Below, in pieces: positions 33,921 through 45,110 of a stretch of DNA of 64,000 bases. The notes under the pieces are model-generated. The model saw nothing but the letters and a program-made list of their open reading frames with translations, ran no database searches and was not told the DNA's origin. The DNA comes from Elusimicrobia bacterium HGW-Elusimicrobia-3. GTDB taxonomy: Bacteria > Elusimicrobiota > Elusimicrobia > Elusimicrobiales > UBA9959. Where the stretch lies: NCBI GenBank assembly GCA_002840355.1, contig PHAL01000002.1, forward strand, positions 108,857-172,856, read 5' to 3'. The translations under genes and the position numbers were made by a program. Every line of letters begins with the position of its first letter. Position 1 is the first letter of the stretch.

Positions 33921-36707
33921 ATGACACAAAGAAGCAGAACGATCCTTTCAATTCTAGGGGTCACCAAACTCGACGACAAGTTTTCGATACTTATCGTCAC
34001 GTTCCTCGCCATCGTCCTGACCGGCCTTGCCGTGACCACCCAGACCGCGATACGCCTGAAGCGGCTCTCCCCGTCGGTGGATGCGGCCGGCAGGCAGCGA
34101 ATGCTGACCCAGCGGATGATGGGCCGGGCCTTTCTGCTGGCCTCCGGAGACCAGGCCGCGCTGTCCGATGGGCTTAAGAGCGCCGCTGAATTTGAGGAAG
34201 GCCTGGCCGCGCTGCGCGGCGGCGGCCGGGCGGCCGGCGTGGCGCTTGCTCCCGCACCGGGCAGAATAAGCCCCTACCTGGACCAACTAGAAGCCCGCTG
34301 GCGCGCCTTTAAGCCTGGCTATGAGTGGCTGATGGAGAATGCGGACAAAAGAGCTTCCCGGGAATTCAAGCTGCGGCTGGCCAGCCTTGAGGCGCAATCG
34401 GAACTGCTGCTTGCCGCCGCCGAGGAGGTTGCCCGCTACCTGCGCCAGCATGCCTCTAACCGCGTCCTCAATGTGGCTATCGGGCTCCTCCTGGGGCTGG
34501 CCGCCGCCGCCCTTCTCACTTTTGCGCTGGCTTTCCGTACGCTGCGGCGGGAACTCATTAAGCCGCTGGAAGAATTGATCTCGTCAGCGGAAAGGATATC
34601 GACGGGGGATTTCCACGCGGTTCCGGCGGAGATACGCGACGGCGAGCTGGGTACCCTGGCCCTGGCGCTGGAAAAGATATCCGATTCGGCGGTCAAGCGC
34701 ATTAACGCGGATAAGATCACCAATAGGCTGCTGAACCTGGCGGTGGAAACCGAGGACCTGCCCGGCCTTTTGAAAACAGCGCTGGAGACGGTGCTTTCGG
34801 CCGACTGGCTGTGCGCGGAGCCCAAAGGGGCGATATTTATCGCGGATAACGCGGCAAAAAAACTGACGCTGGCCGCGCAGTCCGGCCTGCCCGCGGCGCA
34901 AGGGGCGGCCTGCGCGGAGGTCGGTTTCGGACGCTGTCTCTGCGGCAGGGCCGCGGAGGCGGGGGAAGTTATTTACGCCGGCGGAGTCGAAGCCCGCCAT
35001 GAGAATGTGTACGAGGGGATCAAAGAGCACGGCCATTACTGCGTGCCCATGCTCTCCGGGAGCCGTCTTGTGGGCGTGCTGGCCCTCTACCTGGCGCCGG
35101 GTTACCTCTGCGACCTGGACGAGATAGCGCAGCTGAAAGGCATAGCGGCCCTGCTGGCGCAGATAATAGAGAAGAAACGGGGTCAGGCCGAGAACCGTAA
35201 AATGTCGGAGGCGCTGCGCCAGGCCGCGGAGGCCGTGTTTATAACAGGGACGGACGGGAAGATAACCTACGCCAACGAAGCATTCGAAAGGATGACCGGC
35301 TTTTCAGCGGCGGAGGCGCTCGGGAGGACGCCGAACCTGCTTAAGAGCGGCGAACATACCCCGGAGTATTATAGTTCAATGTGGGTCAGCATGCAGGAAG
35401 GCCTGCCCTGGACGGGCCGCATAGTAAATAAAAGGAAAGACGGCGGGCTCTTTACCGTGCAGGCCAACATTTTTCCGCTTAAAGATTCGTCGGGCAAGAC
35501 CACCGCCTATGTCACACTGCAGGAGGACGTTTCCGAACTGGTGGATACCGAAGAGCAGCTGCGCCAGTCCCAGAAGATGGAGGCGGTAGGCAGGCTGGCA
35601 GGCGGCGTGGCGCATGACTTCAATAATATCCTGATGGCCATAGACAGTTATGCGGGCTTTATCCGCCGGCGCCTTCCCGCGGCCAGCCAGGAAGCAGCCG
35701 ACGCCGGCGAGATAATCGTAGCCGTGCAGAAGGCTGCCGCGCTGACCCGGCAGCTGCTGGCTTTCAGCAGGAAGCAAAAGGCGCTTTTTCAGGCCCTTGA
35801 CCTGCGGCAGGCTGTGCTGGCCGGAGAAGAAATGCTCAAACGGCTGCTGGGCGAAACGGTAACGCTGAAGATCTCCGTCGCCGATGACGCCGGGAGGATA
35901 ATGGCCGATCCCGGCCAGATAGACCAGATACTGATGAACCTGCTGTTGAACGCCAAAGACGCCATGCCTGAGGGCGGGATCATAGAGATCCGCGTGGCCG
36001 GACACAAATCCATATTGCCGGTCCCCACCCCAGTGGGGACCATGCCGGCGGGGGAATATACCGTGCTTTCGGTTTACGATACCGGGTCAGGAATGGACAA
36101 AGAAACTCTTGGGCGGATATTCGACCCGTTCTTCACCACCAAGCCGAAGGGGAAAGGGACCGGACTGGGTTTATCCATAGTCTACGGCTCGGTGAAGCAT
36201 CACGGCGCATATATCACGGTAGCCAGCCGGCCGGGAAAAGGCTCCACCTTCACGCTCTATTTTCCGGTGTTCTCCGAACCGGCGGGGAAAGGCGAGCTGT
36301 CGCCGGAGCGGGCTCTCCGGACGGTCCCGGCGCAGGCGTCCGTGCTGCTGGCAGAAGACGATCCGATGGTGTTGGCCTCGGTGGAGCGGATGCTGCGGGA
36401 ACTGGGGGCGGAGGTGCGGGCTTTCCCGGAACCGGAAAAGCTGCTGGAATTCGCCGCCGGCTACGCCGGCGGCATAGACATCCTCCTGACCGATATCGTG
36501 ATGCCCGGAATGGACGGGTTCGCGCTGGCGGAGCGCCTGACGGCCCAAAAACCCGGGGTCAGGGTGATCTACATGTCCGGCTATACCGACCCGGACATTT
36601 TCAAGGGGCGTCTGGGGCGTCCCGGCATAGTGTTCCTGCAGAAGCCGTTCAACGAGGCACTGCTGGCGGAGACGCTTTCAAGGGTGATGGCCGCGGGAGC
36701 GGCATGA
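33921..36707 (+). CDS. hybrid sensor histidine kinase (PilJ/NarX-type N-terminal sensor, HAMP, GAF, PAS, HisKA, HATPase, receiver)
   Basis: [16 protein letters not shown] (PilJ-N/NIT-like), the HAMP region, a PAS segment ([22 protein letters not shown]), the H-box [12 protein letters not shown]-boxes, and a C-terminal receiver (VLLAEDDP...[13 protein letters not shown]...FLQKPF). Confidence 0.9.
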   Translation: MTQRSRTILSILGVTKLDDKFSILIVTFLAIVLTGLAVTTQTAIRLKRLSPSVDAAGRQRMLTQRMMGRAFLLASGDQAALSDGLKSAAEFEEGLAALRGGGRAAGVALAPAPGRISPYLDQLEARWRAFKPGYEWLMENADKRASREFKLRLASLEAQSELLLAAAEEVARYLRQHASNRVLNVAIGLLLGLAAAALLTFALAFRTLRRELIKPLEELISSAERISTGDFHAVPAEIRDGELGTLALALEKISDSAVKRINADKITNRLLNLAVETEDLPGLLKTALETVLSADWLCAEPKGAIFIADNAAKKLTLAAQSGLPAAQGAACAEVGFGRCLCGRAAEAGEVIYAGGVEARHENVYEGIKEHGHYCVPMLSGSRLVGVLALYLAPGYLCDLDEIAQLKGIAALLAQIIEKKRGQAENRKMSEALRQAAEAVFITGTDGKITYANEAFERMTGFSAAEALGRTPNLLKSGEHTPEYYSSMWVSMQEGLPWTGRIVNKRKDGGLFTVQANIFPLKDSSGKTTAYVTLQEDVSELVDTEEQLRQSQKMEAVGRLAGGVAHDFNNILMAIDSYAGFIRRRLPAASQEAADAGEIIVAVQKAAALTRQLLAFSRKQKALFQALDLRQAVLAGEEMLKRLLGETVTLKISVADDAGRIMADPGQIDQILMNLLLNAKDAMPEGGIIEIRVAGHKSILPVPTPVGTMPAGEYTVLSVYDTGSGMDKETLGRIFDPFFTTKPKGKGTGLGLSIVYGSVKHHGAYITVASRPGKGSTFTLYFPVFSEPAGKGELSPERALRTVPAQASVLLAEDDPMVLASVERMLRELGAEVRAFPEPEKLLEFAAGYAGGIDILLTDIVMPGMDGFALAERLTAQKPGVRVIYMSGYTDPDIFKGRLGRPGIVFLQKPFNEALLAETLSRVMAAGAA

Positions 36708-36756
36708 GCGCGGCTCGAAAAGGCGCGGTATTCACTTTGTCCGGGAGGAAGGGTTT

Positions 36757-38943
<2,187 letters not shown>

Positions 38944-39398
38944 GCGGGGGTCAGGCGGACGGAGGAGATATGTCACGGGAACAACGGCCATTTCCCCGCG
39001 ATGTTGGCTGCCGTGCTGCTCCATATCCTTGAAGAACTGTTGACCACCCACACTCTTCGTGCAATCCTGACTCTTTTAACAACTCACGCGCAGCCCCGCG
39101 TTGCAGCCTTTCCTCCTTTATATCCATAATGGGCAACGTGTCCGCGATTCAGGCGTAAAGCAGAAGCCTGGAGGTGCGGCGCTTTGTTGGCGGAAACTAG
39201 GCGGCTTCTGGAAAAGCTGCGGCAGGACTAGCGAACAATTTTATCGCTATTTCGGCCGTTTCAGCCAGCCGGCTGCTCCTGAGCAGAATGGGCCTGCCGT
39301 ATAGGGCGTTCGCCTCATGTGCGGTCGGCCCGTTTTAAATAACATACTGAAGAGGCAGGCAATAGCGCCGGCCGGTAGCGTTGACAAGACCGATTTAA

Positions 39399-39453
39399 CC
39401 GGCGGCGCGGGCTTTTTTCTTGTTACCCGACCGAAGACGAATCGCGCCGCCGG
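39399..39453. repeat. 11-bp perfect inverted repeat (CCGGCGGCGCG ... CGCGCCGCCGG) with 33-nt spacer
   Basis: Read directly from the sequence. It sits in the ~440-nt region without a convincing CDS upstream of the receiver-less winged-helix gene and is followed by CCTTTTAAAAG. Confidence 0.5.
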
Positions 39454-39485
39454 CCTTTTAAAAGTATGGAATACGCAGGCATATT

Positions 39486-40019
39486 ATGCGGGCCGCTATG
39501 AGCGGCTCTTTAAAAACCGATAGCCTGGCCGCGCCGCGGCCGGTGTCGTTTTTTTTGCGGCCCGCCCGGCCCGGGCGCGTTGTACTGGAATTCGTCCTGC
39601 CGGGGGCGCGGCGCCATGAAGGAGTTCCGCTTAATATCAAAAGTATGCCTCCTTGGCTTGACGCGCTCCTGGCGCGGGCCGAGGGCGCTATTCCGGGGGA
39701 CGGTTACAAAGTCTTCGGAGATCTTAGTATCTGCGTGGATTCCCGGCTGGTGAAGTTTGGCGGTAAAGTGATACCGGACCTGACGACCAGGGAAATAGAT
39801 CTGCTTGCCGCCCTGGCCGCCGCCGCCCCGGCCGTAATATCGAGGGAAAATATCGTTTCCAAAGTATGGAAAACCGTTGCGGTACCCAACCTTGTTCACA
39901 CCCATGTCTGTAACCTGCGCCGGAAACTGCCCGCGCGGCTGGCCGCGCGTATACAGGCCGTTCCTGGGAAAGGGTTCCGCTATTTCCATTCCCGTGCGGA
40001 AGTCCTGCCCTGGATATAA
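39486..40019 (+). CDS. OmpR-type winged-helix protein lacking a functional receiver (start uncertain; the ATG at 39645 is an alternative)
   Basis: The C-terminus (LTTREIDLLAALAAAAPAVISRENIVSKVWKTVAVPNLVHTHVCNLRRKLPARLAARIQAVPGKGFRYF) is paralogous to the 5875 product. Upstream there is only a vestigial alpha5-like PWLDALLAR. An in-frame TAA at 39459-39461 blocks any receiver N-terminal half. Confidence 0.7.
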   Translation: MRAAMSGSLKTDSLAAPRPVSFFLRPARPGRVVLEFVLPGARRHEGVPLNIKSMPPWLDALLARAEGAIPGDGYKVFGDLSICVDSRLVKFGGKVIPDLTTREIDLLAALAAAAPAVISRENIVSKVWKTVAVPNLVHTHVCNLRRKLPARLAARIQAVPGKGFRYFHSRAEVLPWI

Positions 40020-40067
40020 TATATAGTTCCTGCCTTAATCATCTCAGCAACAATAATTTAACCGGTT

Positions 40068-40110
40068 TTCGTCATTTCTTCGGGATTCAGCGCTCCCCCG
40101 GGTATAGACT
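40068..40110 (+). promoter_or_regulatory. putative promoter/operator, motif copy D (TTCGTCATTTCTTCGGGATTCAG-N14-TAGACT)
   Basis: The 23-mer at 40068-40090 matches copy C at 22 of 23 positions. A TAnnnT hexamer at 40105-40110 lies 16 nt after GGGATTC. It is 20 nt upstream of the ATG at 40130. Confidence 0.55.
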
Positions 40111-40129
40111 ATCTATAGGTGAACTACCT

Positions 40130-41848
40130 ATGAACAGAGGAGCCGGAAAAATCTTTGGCGCAGTCATGTCCTTTACGGGCATGCTGTGCCTTGCCGTTAC
40201 CGGCTATTGCGGTGACGCCGGCTCGGCCGGCGCGTCTTTCTTGAAATTTTCACCCAGCCCCAGGGGTACCGGTATGGGTGAGTCCCACGTTTCGATATCA
40301 GAAGACGCCTATTCCTCGTGGTGGAACCCGGCCGGCCTGGGCAGCGTGGAGGGGCCGGAGCTGGCCGCTACCTACAACGATTCCATGGAGGACGTCGCCA
40401 ACCAGTATCTTTCGGTGGCGTATCCTCTCCGTTATGGCTCCACGCTGGGGCTGAGCGTTACCCGCCTGAGCGTCTCTCCCTTTCAGGGTTACGACGCGCA
40501 GGGGGTAAAGAGCGGCAGGGTGGAATCCTCGGACATGTCGGTGGGGGCCGCTTACGGGCGGGCCATCATGAAGGACGAGATAGAACGTCCGGTGCTCAAC
40601 GTGGGGGCGGTCTTTAAGGTAATCAGCGAAGAACTGGCCGGGGTCTCCGCTTATACCGCGGCGCTGGATCTTGGCGCGGTCTATTATATTAGGCCGGACA
40701 ATTACTGGATGAGCAAGGCGCCGGCGCAAGAATTCCGCGTAGCCGCCACCTTGCGCAACCTGGGCCCCGGCTTAAAGTTCGACAAGGAGTCCTCGCCGCT
40801 GCCCTTGTCCGCCACACTGGGCGGGTCATGGCATTCGCATCCCGGCGGCAGCGCCAGCCTTATAATCAGCCTGGACCAGACCATCTCCAGGGACGAGAAC
40901 TATTATGCCGCGCTGGGCGCCGAGTACGTGGCCTTTCAACTGCTCTCGCTGCGGGCGGGCTATCGCACCGGGCAGGACATCGGTTCCGGCCTGCGCTTCG
41001 GCGTGGGTTTCCGCCTTTCCATCGCCGATATAGATTATTCCATGTCGCCGTTCGGGGAGCTGGGGGCTATGCACAAGCTGGGCGTCTCTATGCGGTTGGG
41101 AGCCACGGCGGCCAAATTGCCGCTGGCCGGCAAGACCCAGCGCGTAAAAGGAGCCCGGCTGATGGCTCCCAAGGACAAGATAGAAAAACTGGATCTTTTC
41201 GCCAATGATTTCCTGGAGCTGGCCCGCAAAGATCTGTCGGCCCGCCGCTATGTTTCTGCCCAGGCCAATATTCGCAAAGCCTTTAACCTGGATCCCAGGC
41301 TGAAGGAAGGCGACTGGGGCCGCCGTGAAAAGCGCCTTGGCGAAGTTATAGCGGGGCTTAAGCTGGCCGATATCCCGGCCAGGGAGAGAACGCTGGCCGC
41401 CAAGGGCGAGCAGTCCGGCATAGCGGCCGAGGCTATAGCCGCCTATATAGAGAGCAAGGACCTGAAGGCCTTCCTGCTCGCGCATGCCGCGCTGGGCACC
41501 GACCTGCGGGGCGACGCCGTCTTTGAGGAACTGCTCTACATATTGAGCGACCTGGTAAAGATACATGTGCGCCGCGACGAGATACTCCCGAGGCAGGCGC
41601 TGATCAAGGAAAAGCTCAGGAAGGCGGCCAGGGGTTTTTACATACGCCAGTTCGACACGGCCGCCAAGGAATGCGAGGAGGTTGCCGTAATAGACGAGGC
41701 GAATCCCGTGGCCTGGACCAGGCTGGGCTCGGCCTATTTCATGATGGGGGATAAGGATAAAGCCAAGGCCGCCTACCGCAAGGCCCTGGAAATAAACCCG
41801 TCCGACCCGGTTACCAGTGAATTCATGCGGGCCCAGGGCTGGGAGTAG
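40130..41848 (+). CDS. outer-membrane beta-barrel (PorV/UPF0164-like) fused to C-terminal TPR region
   Basis: Signal peptide. AGASFLKFSPSPRGTGMGESHVSISEDAYSSWWNPAGLG resembles the N-terminal signature of PorV/PorQ-type barrels (recalled from memory). Alternating beta-strand pattern. C-terminal TPR (AWTRLGSAYFMMGDKDKAKAAYRKALEINPSDP). Confidence 0.6.
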   Translation: MNRGAGKIFGAVMSFTGMLCLAVTGYCGDAGSAGASFLKFSPSPRGTGMGESHVSISEDAYSSWWNPAGLGSVEGPELAATYNDSMEDVANQYLSVAYPLRYGSTLGLSVTRLSVSPFQGYDAQGVKSGRVESSDMSVGAAYGRAIMKDEIERPVLNVGAVFKVISEELAGVSAYTAALDLGAVYYIRPDNYWMSKAPAQEFRVAATLRNLGPGLKFDKESSPLPLSATLGGSWHSHPGGSASLIISLDQTISRDENYYAALGAEYVAFQLLSLRAGYRTGQDIGSGLRFGVGFRLSIADIDYSMSPFGELGAMHKLGVSMRLGATAAKLPLAGKTQRVKGARLMAPKDKIEKLDLFANDFLELARKDLSARRYVSAQANIRKAFNLDPRLKEGDWGRREKRLGEVIAGLKLADIPARERTLAAKGEQSGIAAEAIAAYIESKDLKAFLLAHAALGTDLRGDAVFEELLYILSDLVKIHVRRDEILPRQALIKEKLRKAARGFYIRQFDTAAKECEEVAVIDEANPVAWTRLGSAYFMMGDKDKAKAAYRKALEINPSDPVTSEFMRAQGWE

Positions 41849-41852
41849 CGAC

Positions 41853-42794
41853 ATGGACATACTGCTGATCATGATCGTCCCTGTATCCCTGCTGCTGCTG
41901 GGCGCCGGCTTCCTGGTGGTAGCCCAGGTCTCCGGTTTCATGCAGTCGACTTTCTTCAATAGCCGGCAGAATTTTTCGAACATGATAATACAGCAGTACA
42001 TGGAACGCATTACCCTGGCCCAGGGGCAGCTCTACCAGCGCAAGCAGGAGCTGGAGGCTATGTCGGGCAAGCTGGCGTTGTCCAACCAGGAACTGGGCCG
42101 CCTTAACGACATGAAGTCCAAGTTCCTGTCCATGGTGGTGCACGACGTACGCACGCCGCTGGCCTCCATCAGGGGGTTCAGCGAACTGCTGATGAAGAAG
42201 AAGGTGGGGGAGAAAGAGACGGCCTACCTGAAGAATATCGTCAGTTCCACCGACCAGCTGGGCCGCCTGATAGCGGACCTGACCGACCTGGCCATGATAG
42301 AGGCCGGAAAACTGAAGATGGAAAAGGCGCTGTTCGAGTTCCCGGATATGGCGCGGGACATCCTGCCCGGCCTGTCCATCAACGCGCAGAAGAAAGGCGT
42401 GGACCTGGTAGTTCATGATTTCCCCGACGGGGTACTAGTGAACGGCGACAAGTTCCGCCTGTCGCAGGTATTCATGAACCTGGTCAACAACGCTATAAAG
42501 TTCACCCCTGCGGGGAAAAAGGTGGAGGTGTCCTTCAGGCGCGAAGGCAAGTACGTGGACACGCTGGTCAAAGATTCAGGGATAGGAATACACCCGAGCG
42601 AGACCAGGAAGATCTTCGAGAAGTTCTACCAGGCCAAGTACCAGAAGGACGCGGCGCTGCGCAAGCAGGGCTGGGGTCTGGGGCTTTCGATAGCGCAGGA
42701 GGTGGTGCGGGCGCATAAGGGGGATATCGGCGCCCAGAGCCCCGGGCTGGGCAAGGGCTCCACCTTCTGGTTCAAGATCCCGGTAGGCACATAA
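41853..42794 (+). CDS. minimal membrane histidine kinase (one TM, no sensor domain)
   Basis: MDILLIMIVPVSLLLLGAGFLVVAQV, a coiled-coil linker, the H-box KSKFLSMVVHDVRTPLASI, an N-box (NLVNNAIKFT) and G-boxes (DSGIGI, GWGLGLSIA). Confidence 0.85.
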   Translation: MDILLIMIVPVSLLLLGAGFLVVAQVSGFMQSTFFNSRQNFSNMIIQQYMERITLAQGQLYQRKQELEAMSGKLALSNQELGRLNDMKSKFLSMVVHDVRTPLASIRGFSELLMKKKVGEKETAYLKNIVSSTDQLGRLIADLTDLAMIEAGKLKMEKALFEFPDMARDILPGLSINAQKKGVDLVVHDFPDGVLVNGDKFRLSQVFMNLVNNAIKFTPAGKKVEVSFRREGKYVDTLVKDSGIGIHPSETRKIFEKFYQAKYQKDAALRKQGWGLGLSIAQEVVRAHKGDIGAQSPGLGKGSTFWFKIPVGT

Positions 42795-42809
42795 GGATTG
42801 GAGGCTACT

Positions 42810-43547
42810 ATGGACATTACAACGATAATAGGTTTTCTGGGCGCCGTCGGCCTGATCTCCGCCGGAGTGGCCGGAGAGCAGATCTCGGCCTCGCTGATAA
42901 ACATGCACGGCGTGGTGGTGGTGCTGGGCGGCACGCTGGTGGCCACGCTGATAAACACTCCGCTGAAATTCATCCGGGGCGCAATATCCGAGCTCGGCCT
43001 GATCTTCAGGGAGAACGACGAGGTGGCGCCCGACAGGATCATCCCGGTGATAGTCGCGCTCGCCGAACAGTCCCGCATGCGCGGGCTGTCCGCGCTCAAG
43101 GAGGCCGATCCCGCGGTGGCCAAGGGTTTTCTGAGCAGGGCCGCCACCGCCGCGCTGGAATATAACGATACCAAGTTCGTTAGGGAAGTCCTCGAGCAGG
43201 AGATAAACCAGGGCGTGGACGACATGAACGAAGTGGCCAACGTCTACCGCACGATGGGCGTGATGGCCCCGATGTTCGGCCTGCTGGGCACGCTGATAGG
43301 CATCATCGGCGTGCTCAAGGACCTGGCCAACCCCGAGAGCGTGGGCCCTGCCATGGCCGTGGCCATCACCTCGGCCTTCTACGGGATCTTCTTCGCCAAT
43401 ATGATCTGCGTTCCTATAGCCGGCAAAATGCGCGCCAAGGTGTGGCTGGACGTGCGCATGAAATCCATGATACTGGAAGGGGTGCTGGAGATCATGAAGG
43501 GCAGCATGCCGCTGGTGATCGAGCGCAGGCTGCAGTCGTATCTTTAG
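42810..43547 (+). CDS. motA: MotA/PomA-type stator proton-channel protein
   Basis: GGAGG lies 6 nt before the ATG at 42810. Four TM helices. MGVMAPMFGLLGTLIGIIGVL and AVAITSAFYGIFFANMICVPIAGKM carry the two conserved Pro residues of the MotA/ExbB/TolQ channel family. The ~245-aa length is PomA-like. Confidence 0.8.
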   Translation: MDITTIIGFLGAVGLISAGVAGEQISASLINMHGVVVVLGGTLVATLINTPLKFIRGAISELGLIFRENDEVAPDRIIPVIVALAEQSRMRGLSALKEADPAVAKGFLSRAATAALEYNDTKFVREVLEQEINQGVDDMNEVANVYRTMGVMAPMFGLLGTLIGIIGVLKDLANPESVGPAMAVAITSAFYGIFFANMICVPIAGKMRAKVWLDVRMKSMILEGVLEIMKGSMPLVIERRLQSYL

Positions 43548-43569
43548 TCCTGGAGCGGAGGTTGTGGTT

Positions 43570-45102
43570 ATGGAAACTAAAATGATGAAAAAAATCAGCC
43601 GCGGGGTACTCTGCTCCGCGCTGGCCACCCTTGCCCTGCTCCCGGTACTGGCCGTGCGCTGCCGGGCCCAGTCGCTGCCCTTCGAGGACAAGGCCAAATA
43701 CGAGAAGGCCCTGGAGCAGAAGGTGGACGATGTGCTGGTCCGCCTGCTGGGGCCGAACCAGGCCAAGGTGGTGGTAGAGGCAACTATGGACTTCAGCCGC
43801 ACCGAGAAACTGGACGTCACTTCGGCGGCGCCGTCGGACAAGGAGAACCCGTTCAAATGGCAGGGGGCCGGCGGCGAGGCGCAATCGGGCGACTACCTGA
43901 TGCCCGGCTTCCTTTCCTTCTCCGCGGGCTCCAACGAGAATAAATCCTATAACCGGCAGATGCTGTACCCGTCGGCTTTCATCAAGAAGATGACGGTCAG
44001 CATTATCCTCAACCGCGACCTGCCCGATCTGGACGCCGAGAACATCCGGCGGGTGGTCTCCGAAATGATGCAGCTCGACGTTAAACGGGGGGACCAGCTC
44101 TCCGTCATAAAGGCTCCGTTCGCCCCGCTGTGGCGCACCATCTGGTACACCCCCGAGGCCATCAGCATGGTGCTCAAGTACGTGATGCTGGCGCTGATGG
44201 GGATAATAGGCATGATAGTGGTGGCCGTCGGCTTTCTCAAACTTGCCGGCGCCATGAGCACCATGGCGAAGGTGCAGCAGAGCCACCAGATAACCATGGA
44301 CCTGGGCAAGGGCGCCGGGCCGGCCGGCCTGGACGGGCCGCCGCCCGCCCTGGGCGGCCCGGCCGAAAGGCCGCAGGCCGCGGCCGGCGAGCCGGGGATG
44401 GGCGGGGGGGACGACAGAGTGGTATTCAGCGTGCGGCCCGACCAGGTGCCGTTCCTGGTGAACATGATGGCCAGCGAGGACCCGGCCAACGTGGCCCTGG
44501 TGGCCGGCCACCTGCCGGCGGAGGTGCGCACGGACTTCCTGCGCAAGCTGCCTCCGGCCTTCTCCTCCGACGTGCTGATCCATATGGCCAAGATCCGTTT
44601 CGTCGAGCCGGAGATCATAGCCACGCTCAAGGACGAGCTGGAGCGCCGGCTGAGCGGGGCGGTGGGCGGCCTGGACGGGGCGCTGGAAGCCATAGAGAGC
44701 ATGACCCTGAAGGCCAGGATAGAGATGCTGGAGGAACTGGGCAGGAAGCATCCGGAACTGGCCGCCGAAGTGCGCCGCCGCGTGCTGCTGCCCGACGATA
44801 TCGGCCGGTTCAGCGAGCGGGAACTGTCGCTGCTGGCCGGCGCGCTGAAGGCCGAGGAATGGGCTACGGCTCTTTTCAGACTGTCGGACTCCGTAAAGGA
44901 GAAACTGCGCGCCCAGATGGCCGACAAGACCTGGGCCATGATAGAGCAGAGCATGAGCTACGGCAGCCCCTCGCACGAAAAGGCGGAGGAAGCGCTCGAA
45001 CGCGTGATGGCCGCCGCGGCCGCCTTCATAAAAGAGGGAAAGATCGTTAACCCGGCCGATTCTCAGCAACCGCTGCTCGAGAGCGGCCAGGCCGAGGCCT
45101 AG
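43570..45102 (+). CDS. FliF-like (single ring-building region + TM) / FliG-like (middle + C-terminal domains) fusion protein
   Basis: Signal/TM segment. LEQKVDDVLVRLLGPNQAKVVVEATMDFSRTEKLDV and IKKMTVSIILNRD...VSEMMQLDVKRGDQLSVIKAPFAP, followed by a TM helix, parallel the FliF C-terminal periplasmic part. A Gly/Pro linker follows. EDPANVALVAGHLPAEVR... and RRRVLLPDDIGRFSERELSLLAGALKAEEWATALFRLSDSVKEKLRAQM...EEALERVMAAAAAFIKEGKI parallel FliG-M and FliG-C. Start ambiguous (43564 GTG, 43570, 43582). Confidence 0.65.
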   Translation: METKMMKKISRGVLCSALATLALLPVLAVRCRAQSLPFEDKAKYEKALEQKVDDVLVRLLGPNQAKVVVEATMDFSRTEKLDVTSAAPSDKENPFKWQGAGGEAQSGDYLMPGFLSFSAGSNENKSYNRQMLYPSAFIKKMTVSIILNRDLPDLDAENIRRVVSEMMQLDVKRGDQLSVIKAPFAPLWRTIWYTPEAISMVLKYVMLALMGIIGMIVVAVGFLKLAGAMSTMAKVQQSHQITMDLGKGAGPAGLDGPPPALGGPAERPQAAAGEPGMGGGDDRVVFSVRPDQVPFLVNMMASEDPANVALVAGHLPAEVRTDFLRKLPPAFSSDVLIHMAKIRFVEPEIIATLKDELERRLSGAVGGLDGALEAIESMTLKARIEMLEELGRKHPELAAEVRRRVLLPDDIGRFSERELSLLAGALKAEEWATALFRLSDSVKEKLRAQMADKTWAMIEQSMSYGSPSHEKAEEALERVMAAAAAFIKEGKIVNPADSQQPLLESGQAEA

Positions 45103-45110
45103 GAGGGGAT

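Noticed and set aside
39101-39523. Short ORFs 39101-39304 and 39317-39523
   Set aside because: They have no RBS, no recognisable motifs and atypical composition. The region is better interpreted as decayed or structured non-coding DNA upstream of the receiver-less regulator.
42576-45069. Minus-strand ORFs 42576-43856 (426 aa) and 43492-45069 (525 aa)
   Set aside because: They are antisense to the HK, motA and the FliF/FliG-like gene, all of which carry recognisable motifs. The composition is His/Arg/Gly-rich.
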